A stretch of 64,000 nt of DNA from Lingula anatina (lineage: Eukaryota; Animalia; Brachiopoda): assembly GCA_051362555.1 (NCBI GenBank), contig CM120647.1:2294001-2358000 (forward strand), read 5' to 3'. The notes under the pieces were generated by a model. The model searched no databases. It saw nothing but the letters and a program-made list of their open reading frames with translations, and was not told the origin of the DNA. Made by a program: the position numbers and the translations under genes. Every line of letters starts with the position of its first letter. Position 1 is the stretch's first letter. Shown piece by piece: positions 26,001-37,400 of the stretch.

Positions 26001-29000
26001 GTCTTCACATCTAACACTATGTACTGCCACGGCGGAGAACAAAATGACAGAAGCCTGCACATTAGTGAGTCAGTGAATCAAGAGACGGCGCCACCAGTCG
26101 TAGGTGACGTCATTCCAGGACGTACATCCGGTGCCTTTCTCGGTCAGGTAAACTGATGACTTGACTGGTATATCATATCACAATTTGACTCGGCAGCATA
26201 TAGAATATACTAGTAGCATTGCGTAACAAGGCAGGATAAACCGATTTTGATATTTAGCATATTACGTTAAAACTATATAATGCATAATTGTTCCACATTT
26301 TCTGTATGACTTTTATAGAATAAAAATATGAAGATGTAGGTGCATGATTAGCATACCATAACCTATCTGGGCTTCATGAGAGAGATATATTTCTATTCAG
26401 GTTATTTCAAGGTTTGAGAAAGGGGGGTACATTTTCCTGGAGTGTATTCCCATCCAGGACTTAAACAAAGACACAGTGCTGACGTCTGCTCCCTACACTG
26501 CTTTCCACCCCGACAGACGACTGAACAACCAAATATCCACTGATGGCATATTTACATCACTGAAACAGGAGGTGGTATTTGAGGTAATAACATGTACCTG
26601 CGGTGCCAACTTAAATGAAATTCCTGCATGTATTGAATACAGTGGCAATTACATATATTGTAGCTTGCCGATAAACTGAATAATGATATGGAAAACATTG
26701 GTAAATACGTATGCAGCAATTTTATTATATAATGTGTTGAGGCTGCGTACTTAGTACTTATACACACGAAACATACTCTGGAATACATGAATGCACGCGG
26801 TACTCCCCCTCGCCCCTTTGCTTTGCATGTACTCCATCCCCCTTCGCTTTGAACAAGACCCTTTTCCCCTTAAGTATATCGCAGTGTATAAGACGAACAT
26901 TTACCTTTGTATATAGACAACTTCAGCGTTAAGAAAGCAGCTGTCAGTTGACATGAATATAGTGGTGACAGCAGGACTGCAGCTTCATCTACAGTCCACT
27001 GTTCCCAAAGCACAGAAGATAGGGATCCGACTGGATGCAACCATTGACTACAATATGAACAACAGTTATGAGGCATTGGTCAGGTGTGGATGGTCCAGTG
27101 ATTCACTTTTTTAACGTAGACAACGTAATGTGCATACGATGAAGCTGTAGATTGTTGAGTAGAAGTCTTGGCTTGTTGTTTTTTTTAATTTCATTGTTTG
27201 CAACCATTATTGTAATCACTACAAGCAAGGAATACGTACTTGCTACAAGCTTTGGCTGCCCATTAAGGAAATATCACAGTTTGGCCATTTTACAATTCCT
27301 ACATACGGTGTATGTTTAACTATACTTAGGTAATCTGTATGCTGTTTTAAACTTGTGCGTTTCTTTTATTTACAGCTACATCGAAGTCAACGAAGATCAT
27401 TATCTTGTATCTAAACGTACATCTCTTGGCGTGCACTGCTTGGCTATCTCACAAGACGTCTGCTTGCCTCTTAATATCGCTCTCCTCAACATGAAGTACA
27501 GTTTTACGGCAGCGTCCCAGGTAAGTGGGAAGCAGTAATACCGACCAAAAACGGTTTAACTGTACCGGTGGTCTGTTGAGGTCGCCTGTTTGAGAGGGAG
27601 ACGGGGGTCCTTCGCTATCGTCCTTCGCCTTCGTCCTTCGCCTTATGTTCGCAGTTTATAACACATATAAATCGGACCCATTATAATACCCGACCACCCA
27701 CATTGAAGCCATAGTGTTCTGTTGTTCCTGCAATCCCCAGCTGCCTATGTGGATGTGTGTGTGTTCTTTAATCCTGGAACTCGCCCAAATTTCAGGGTAC
27801 CGGCATATTGCGACATCATTCCCGAGGACAAGTGCAGCAAACTCTCGGTGCAACTTGGAGATATGGAGCCGGCGGGGAGCATTTTCCCAGAGCTGCTGTA
27901 AGTTTCAGTTCGCTGGGTATTGATATTATTATTATTTTAATTGCAACTTATTTGAAACTTTCGGTTTACTACATTTCAACCAGAATCTGTTCTTAGCGAA
28001 AAAAGAAAGAATCCCCCCCCCCCCGCATCATTACTTGCTGCCAGTCTATCCAAAGGCACCCACTTTTAATGTAAGGTGTCAATGTATGGTTCTATTATTT
28101 ATGTTCGTAGTGAACGGTCTACTCACATTATTTGTCTATTCAGTTTAACCATTGTACCATTGCTATTTTCATTGTTCTAGGAAGTGCAATATTTAAACGG
28201 TGTTTCTGTGATCTATTTATAAAATCATTTATAGTAGATATTCATACAGGTTATCAAATAATTAACATGTAAGGAGTACATATTTAAAAGACAATAAATT
28301 CCAATTTAATTCTGAATATAGTTGTGATTATGGCTTTCAGATATTAAATTGTCTTCTGGAAATTACTGTTTCTGTTGAATACAGACAACCTGATGAGTTG
28401 ATTATTTAGTGGGAGCAGAGCAATTGCAGCTACAATTGAATTGAAGCATCTGTTTTTCCAGGTGACTGACGTGACACATGACGTAGATCACACAGATGAC
28501 ATGGGCAATGTTCATCTAAACGTTGCCATAGAACCTGCGTTGCACGTGCAGTTCCCCAGTGCCTCGGATACCATACTTTACGGTCTCGTCAACCCTTCGC
28601 TCGTTCTCCGTTTTCTAGAGAATTTGATAGGTAAGTCCTACTCCAGAGTCCTAGTGTTCCAATACGGCTGTCACATGTCTCTGCATATCACTTTATGTCC
28701 CCTGGTAATATTGATGTCTGTAAGGCGGGTGCTTCGACGTACACATGGTGGGACTGCATAATGAAGCCATCAGCAAACAGGGCATAGAACACCAACAGAA
28801 CCTACGTGTATGTACACATGTAGCACGGCCGAACACCTATGCCTTGGCACATTTGTTTACGTTGTTTTATAAATTTGTTGCTGGAACTGGTGTGTAGTAT
28901 TGTAAAAATTTCGTTAGCATTATCCTTTCAGAAACGACTATACGCATGTTAAGGACTCTTAAGCGATGGCTGCTTGATTAGTCTATTGCAGAATAGTAGT

Positions 29001-32000
29001 CTAGAAGACAAATGTAGGTGGTGTGCATGTACGTACATGAGTGTGTGAATACAATACACGGAGCTTATTTGGGTTTGGAGTGCAGGAAACATGTCATTGT
29101 CGTTTCAGACCCCGGTGTTGTCAGCCATTCTGAGACTGTCACATACACGACTACAGCCCCTATCACGGACAGTTTGGACATTATCACGTGTTCTAAGATC
29201 TGTTCCGGGCGTGAGGGCGTGCACCTTGTGGTCCACAAAGCGGGGCCGGGGTACAGAAAAGACGCTGGGTTTCTTCGTTTAGAAGAGGCATATTCGATTT
29301 TCACAAGCCTTGAAGAATATGTGCTTGTTCCTGATTCTGTAAAAGTTTCTGCGTAAGTGTGTGAACCGTTGTGTTTGACATCTTCGTATCCGATGTGTGT
29401 ATCACGTATTTCAGATCTAGCGCCAACAGTTAGGTGTTTCAATACCAAGGTGCATTACCATACACTTATAGAAAAATTAACTAAGAACGTCAGCTTAACA
29501 ATTCATAAGAACTTAAAGTGTGTCTTTATTTTTCAAAATTTAGGTACATTAATTAAGGGCATTGAATGGTGATCATTGAGAAATACATTTTAATCGACAT
29601 TACAGGCACTGTAGTCCAGCTACCGTAGCTAGCACGTGCCCTGTTGGACCCAGTACCTGCCTATGTCCTGATGGAAGCAGTAGTATTGAGGTGATTTGTG
29701 TCATTTGTGTTTTATTGTCCTAACAATCCTGGTACTAATAAGTTTATGTGTTGCAGGACATTTTCTATTGCTTCATACGTTTGTAAGTCCCATTAGTCTT
29801 TCAACATCAAAACATGAGTGATCAAACTTCATGGCTGAAAGCAACCAAATAAAACATTTACAGATGTAAGTTGATGGCAAATTTTTGTAATATAAATATG
29901 AAAGTCACAAGTGTTTATTTCCATATTAAGATATGGAACCATTTGTTAATATTTGGTTATGATTGACAGCATAACCACAGTTGCCAGTGTGACAAGTGCC
30001 CGGATGGTAAAACTAAAAAGATGATCACTGATGACCCTTCTCAGCCTTCGTGTCCATGTCACTGTGCGGACGGTTGGCCACGGGAGATGAACGCAGACGG
30101 CACGTGTGAGGTGCGGAACATGTAAACATTCACAAAATAAAATATGGTGTATTTGTGTAAATTTTCATGAAGGTTTTAAGTAAAGAATTTTTAAGATTAT
30201 GGTTGAATCGAATGATTTCTATACGCAGTACAATCCAGACATCATTGTTATCACTTTGATTATGTTTTAAAATAATGCAACCAAGGCAAAACGTTGATAT
30301 TTTAGTGAATTTTTGTGTACAACTTTAACTGACTTAATGCTTTTGACATCCGTATATCAATCGATCTTGAGACCATATTTTTCTGTTATTATATTTCTGT
30401 CCATTATACCAATGTGTATATTTCTAGTGTGGCTGTGAGTGTCCAAATGGCGGTTATGGTATCGTTAAACCTGATGGTGGCTGTCATTGTTCATGTGAAT
30501 GTAAAAACTGCCAGAACTCGTTTATAACTAGTGACGGAACGTGTTACTGTCCGAATGATATGTGAGTATACTGCACCCCACGTAGAAGCACAGACAGGTA
30601 TATACTTATATTGGTAAACGTGGACACCTGTTATATTCTGTAATTTATCCAATATGCTTGTAATGAGGGAACTATTTACAGTTACGTGCTATAAGTTTCT
30701 GAAATATTGAAGTCATCTGATTTGAATGACTTTTTTCGCTTCTACAGCTGCCCGGTGTGTGACTCTGCCTACGAGCCCGTGTGGGAAGACTGTCGCTGTG
30801 TTTGTCGTGAGAAGACCCAGTGTGGACTGTACCCTGCCTGTGTACGAGGTCGACGTGGAGAGCAATGTGGCCAGCCGGACTGTGAGCCATGCAGTTTACA
30901 GACGGACAACGGGTTGCAAGGTGAATCGCACCAAATTTAAGTGTAAATGCACCATAGGCTGGCTTGAATTTACGCAGCAAAACAGACATTTATTTTCAAT
31001 TTGTTATTTTTTACAAATGTTTTTCCTTTAAATTACTTATCATTATATATCAACTTCATTATTTGGTTGTGTCTTATGTGTGCTAAATGTTCTATAAACT
31101 AGCCGCTGAATTCATACAAACAGTCGTTGATAGGACCTTTACATTACTAACACCCCTATTGTGTTTCAGAATGTTTCGGCAATGGTGTTTGCACCCCTCA
31201 GTCGTACTTCTGTAGCTCCAGGTGTGTGTGTTCCCGATTCTGGGCCGGCGTCTGTTGTAATGTCAGAGTACCCAGAAACGTTGGAGGTGATCCTCACTTA
31301 CAGACAGCAGATGGTGGGTGAACATCGTCAACATTTCTCATCGAATTTAACTCACTTTATCTGTTTTTCAAAATGTTTTTCAAAATGTTTGGAAAGGCGT
31401 AATGTACTTCAGCTCTTCGAATCACATGTGTAACATACGTGTATATTTAAGAGTATTAATATCATTTTTCTTTGCAATTCTTCGGCGATTTAGTATGCAT
31501 CGGTGTTTATTTCCTGGCCTAATCATACCGTCTCGAAAAACAAAGGAAAGCAATCACCGTGAAATGAAATAACCGTTGTGCACCATGTTTGCTAGAGTAA
31601 TGGTATAACTTACTGCAATAATTCGTTGTTTCCTAAGGTATACCCTACGACTACCATGGTATCGGAGAGTTCTGGGACTGTATGAGTACAGCTAACGACT
31701 TTGGCGTACAAGTCAGGTTCTTCGGCTATAAACAAGCGTCACTGGTCGGTGCCGCCGCGGTCAAGGTCGGCCACAGTGTGGCCACCATTACTACACCGGC
31801 CAATGCTACTGAGACCACCCTTCCAACTTTAAGGTGAATTGGGAGTGTAGAAAGTCTACTAGTAATATTGCCTTAAATAATATGACATAAAAATGGGGAA
31901 ATATTCTATCAAACTTTGGATCTAAGAAACAGCATGATGGTTGCACTTGTTTTATCAATCACATGGTCAATGAAACGAATGGATGTATTATTTTTTAAAA

Positions 32001-33843
32001 GATATTAATGAGATATCATTGCAGACGTCTTACTGCATGTCCCATGTAACTCTCGGTAATATAGGAAGAACCTGTATATCTGGCATATAAACACAAATAC
32101 GTTTAGATTGCAATTCTTTTTTACTCAGAATTGACGGGCTAGTCCAGAGCGTAACCAAAAACAACACCAGATTGACGCTTAACAACGACACCGTCATTGT
32201 AGACATTGCTAAAGTCAGGAACAACGCCACTGGTGCCGTGATGATGATTGCAATCCAGTATGACACCGGTATGTATACTGTTATATTTATGTTATTTCAC
32301 CCTAAGGCGTGTAATTTGAAGAAAATATCCTCATGCACGATAGCCACTGGATGTGATATAGACTATGAGTTGATAACTGGTATGTGTTCCGCTATATATG
32401 GAGCGGCAGAGCAAAGTCCCATTAATTTTTTTTCCATTATCTGAATAGTTACCCCGTTCCTTTCCTCACGCCTGTGGTTATTTGCACGGATTATGTCAAC
32501 GCTTTATTTCCCCTTAGGTGTATCTGTCACAGTAGACGTCCGGTTCAGTCCGGTGATGGGGCGTCTCTTCCTTAACGTACGTTCTGGTCTAACTGCCAGT
32601 TTTAAGGGGCAGACGTCTGGACTGTGCGGGCTGATGGACGATAACCAGGACAACGATTTCACCATGGCCAATGGCACCGTGGTCACCAAGGACAAGGCAG
32701 TGGAATTTGTCGAGTCATGTGAGTCATAAGGCAAAAATAATTCAGCAACTATTAGAGAGAATGATCAATGTACTGATGAGCTTGATTACATATTTATTCT
32801 TGAAATTCAGAGTATGGAGATGAAACACCATATGGTTTGTAGACTGTATATAGGCTTGTAATTAATATGTAATATTCTTTAGAGTGTTTAGAAAGAATAT
32901 TCAACCATTTGCTCCTTTGAAAACATTTTAAACATTTGTCGTTATCACCACAGGGAGAATTAGTACTTCATTTTCTGGTTCTGGATTATACGGAAGTTGG
33001 TCCTGGGACAGTTCAAACTTCCACGCTGATGACGTCATGGACCCGTCCTACACTGACCCCAGCCTATACAATCCGGTCTACGGTCCCGTGAACGTGTCAC
33101 AGGCTGAGATGAAGGTCAGTGACCTCTTACTTGTATGTAACGCTTAGTCATTGCGGTCAATATGACTGTGTCCACCACAAATACGCAATGTCACCATGGT
33201 AGATCATTACAGAATTATGCTGTTAACGTATGGTAAACAATCTGATTAGATACTTAATATGAAACCGCTCTGTTTCAAGAAGACTTATTATCTGATTTAT
33301 TTTCTGATAAAGTAGTGTTGTCTCGGACACATATTGTTGTAATTGCTTCACTTGTGCTTTACATTACCGCATAGTTTTAGAAAGCTCTTGAAGTTATTTC
33401 CAAATACCCCAGTACATTCAAGGAAAACAGATACATGTGGTAATTCCAAATGATTGGATTATCAAAATTAGTAGCATAGTCGGTGAGGTGTAAAGATGGG
33501 ATGAGCCCGAGTGGGTGACATTAACATTTGCAACCTCTATAATGCCACACCGTCATTACCCCAATATCCAGGCTGCAGAGACGGTATGTCAGGGGAAAGG
33601 ACTGGAGAGCGTGTTACTGCAGGAGTGTGTCTATGACATCGTGGTCACGAAAGATATCACTTTCTCCAACCAAGAAACATACGAATTAAGTGAGTATTAA
33701 TATACATATAGAATTTCTAACACCACTCCTTGCCTTATCTGCCTGGCTTAAATAAAAATTAATAAATATTCCGTATTAAAACGCTAACATACTTTGTACA
33801 TGTGCAGTTTCACAGTCTGGTAGCACGTAGAGAGTTGGAAAAA

Positions 33844-33896
<53 letters not shown>

Positions 33897-34420
33897 TGGC
33901 ACAACCAGATATAATAACTGATTGATAAAACTGAGAATATTAATGGATATTATAAAATCATAAATAAAAGTGTATGTGCGCATGCGTTAGCATTCTTTAT
34001 CTTATTTTCAAATCTCCGTTTTATTTTGTGTTATTTTAACTGCTTAATTAATCTGCTTTGCTAGAAGTATTAACAATAATATATGCATACCTGCATGCTT
34101 ATACAACCACATCTGTGTCTGTAGCCTCATAATATAACGTTATTGCCAGGTTGTCCTGGTCAGTGTAATGGTAAAGGGAGGTGTGTGAACAGCACTTGTC
34201 AATGTAACGACGGCTGGACTGGAACCGACTGCTCTATAGGTAGGTACATGTAACATGTCACTTTGGACAACGCACTACAAGGAGATATACAAAGGTGGAG
34301 TTGACATATATCTTAGCAAAAAGATATTCAATGTCTATTTAGATCTTTTTTCCACTTTTTCTTTTCCACTTTGTTTCTAAACATGTACCTTATGAAACTG
34401 CGACATCCACTGCTCTGTGC

Positions 34421-34456
<36 letters not shown>

Positions 34457-37400
34457 TTATATAAATATAGATATGGTTTGAATTATAATACAAATGGCAA
34501 TACTAACGCCAATATCACTCCGGTTCATACAGGTTCCTGTGGTGCCTGCGTCAATGGTGTGTGTGACAGCGGTTTCTGTGTGTGTACTGTGGGCTGGGAA
34601 GGGACAGCCTGTGACCAGAAAGGTAACTATAGGTAACTTACAAATCACCCGTTTACTGTATGCACTGGTTTGCTCTTCTGGAGCACTCTATTGTGTATGA
34701 TAGTTACAGTTGTGTACTGTATAGTATTTATCCTCCTTTCGCTCGCTACGCCTCACCACCAAACATTCCTCTGACGGTTGTGGCCTAACCAGCATCAGTC
34801 TTGTTAATAAACAAATGTATCGCAGTCACGATTTCAAGTCTTCTTTGGTCAGGAAGAGACTTGTAAAACGCATCAAGAAACAAGAAGTTATGTCTAGTTG
34901 AATTAATTTAATCATTATGATGTATTTTATTTCAATAATATTGTGTTTGATAGAAAGCTTCAAAGCATCGCATCAGTAACGCTATAATATGAGTAAGTGT
35001 ATAGAAGAGGAATAGGTGTGATGCATATCATAATGTGCCATACCTCACAATACATAAGTTTTCTTAAAATGTACTATTAACATCAACGCCATACTCTATT
35101 CCAGCAACGTGTCTGTATGTTAATAACTGCACTGACGAGGATCACGGTGTGTGTTACAAGACCAACAGGTGTCGCTGTCTACCAGGATTTGTGGGTATGT
35201 ATTGAGTACCACGGCGTGTGTTACAGGACCAACAGGTGTTGGTGTCTACCAGGATTTGTGGGTATGCGTTACAATAAGGATTAACTTTCGTGTTGTTGTG
35301 AACCGTCTAAAATGACATTAACTTTAATTTATAACTGTACTGAATTTCAGTGTATCAATTTCCATTAACGAATTAACTAATCTATGGGCTCCGACATGAC
35401 TCCAGATTCGACTCAGTCTTTCATTTTACGTGCACAGAGAAGCATAACAGAACAACCTCACATCTTCAGTCTCAGATCAAAAAAGTGTCTTTATTATGTA
35501 CAGGCTTCAAGTTATATACAGATTATCTACAGGGAATCTATGTGTACATGTGGCTGCTACTTATTTACATACTAATCGTTGTGCAATATTAACAGGTGAT
35601 ATGCATCTGTCTCAAGCACAGGCCTACCTATGGGCCTCTACAGAAAATAACATTTATGTATACAGGACAGACGCAAATTAGATAATAACATGTTGATTAA
35701 CTATGACTACACAATGTGGAATTGTGTGGAAAACTGCATAAATTTCACAGTGTGTTTTCAAGGCAAAGGGCAAAATCTTCCAGAAGCCGAGCGTGCACTG
35801 AAGTTAATCACCCGAGTTGGATGGCAGTTGGATCGATCTAAGTAAAAAATTGTTTATTTGGAATGCACCTTACCTGTATATAAATTCATGTACCAAGTTT
35901 CTGTGGCAAAAAAGCACGAACACTTATTTATGCACGTCTTCAATTCTGTATATTCAGGTAGTGACTGTAGCATCGTTGCAACTTGTTTCAACGTGTCTGA
36001 CTGCTCCGGTCACGGGGTCTGCGTGGACTTTGACGTATGCAAATGTGACAGCGGATGGGCGGGGCCAAATTGCACAGAGTTTTCTTGTGAACGTCTGGCG
36101 GCGTGCTCAGGTGTGTTGTTCATAGGAGAGATTTTTACGATTGTTTTTACGTGAAAAAGGGGATGAATTTGAGAAAGTACACAAAAATAGAAATACAAAA
36201 CGTTTTTACGTGAAAAAGGGGATGAATTTGAGAAAGTACACAAAAATAGAAATACAAAACGTTTTTGTATAATTCGACATGTAACAATATGCGATAGAAT
36301 AAAGCAGTACTATACGATATGCCAGTATACACTGTGTATATAACTGTTATGCGGTCAGTAGTTCAATTATAAGAATGTTGAAGCATGTACCTTTCCAGGC
36401 CACGGTCAGTGTAAAGGATACGACGTATGCAGTTGTGACAATGGTTGGCAAGGTGACAGCTGCGCTCTGCCAGACTGTTCTTCAAATAATGACTGCTCCC
36501 TACACGGGGTGTGTACGTCACCTCACACCTGCACGTGTTATGACGGTTACCATGGTGAAAACTGTACCGCAGTGAAAAATTGCACATCGTTAAATGGCTG
36601 TAATGACCACGGTATATGCGCTGCCTTAGAAGGGAATGATACGGCTGTTATGTGCAGGTATGGTACTTTTCGTTACCTTCATTTAGAGGTGGCAGGCGTT
36701 TGGTTATATATATATATCATAATAACAGAAATCCCACAGCCATTGTCTATTAAATCGACACGTAACAACTGTTTTTAAAATATATGTAAGATCAAAGTAT
36801 GGGCTGGGTCTCTTTGTGACACTTAGAATAAGATGATATTAAAATTGTTATTATAATTTTTACAACTGGCCGTATGACAAATTTAGAGAATTTCAGAGGG
36901 GGGGGGGGAAACAGTAAATGTATTTATGATTTTATTTTCTCCCTTCTAAAATGATATTTGTAACAGGTGTTTTGAGGGCTACCGTGGCGACACGTGTGAC
37001 ACCGTCTCATGTTCTGCCGTAAACAACTGTTCAGGACACGGTGCGTGTTTGGAGCCCAACCTCTGTAACTGTGACCCAGGCTTCGGGGGAAATGACTGCT
37101 CTAATTTCTCATGTGAAGCTCTTGGATACTGCTCTGGTAAACACTCTTTGCCTGAATAAATGTCATAAAACATTATTGTATATTTATTCTATCTGTGCGA
37201 CTTACCTGCTTATTTTCAAAGAGAAAGCGTTAAAACATCCACTTGACCAGCAGATAACTGCCAGTAATGCGTTCATTGGGTGTTTGCACACGATTGCATT
37301 GCCTTAGTGCGGAATAAACTAGTTTAAAACAAAGTCGTAAGTCTTATGTGTTACATCCGCAACGATTGCATTTGTTCCTCTCCCTATTACGCTATGTGAC

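Noticed and set aside
29415-29449. Small extra exon ([12 protein letters not shown]) between exons 25 and 26
   Set aside because: Its phase is incompatible: exon 25 ends in phase 2 and joins exon 26 directly.
36983-36991. RGD integrin-binding motif
   Set aside because: It falls in the G(Y/F)xGxxC end of an EGF repeat where the Gly is obligatory, so it is probably coincidental and structurally constrained.
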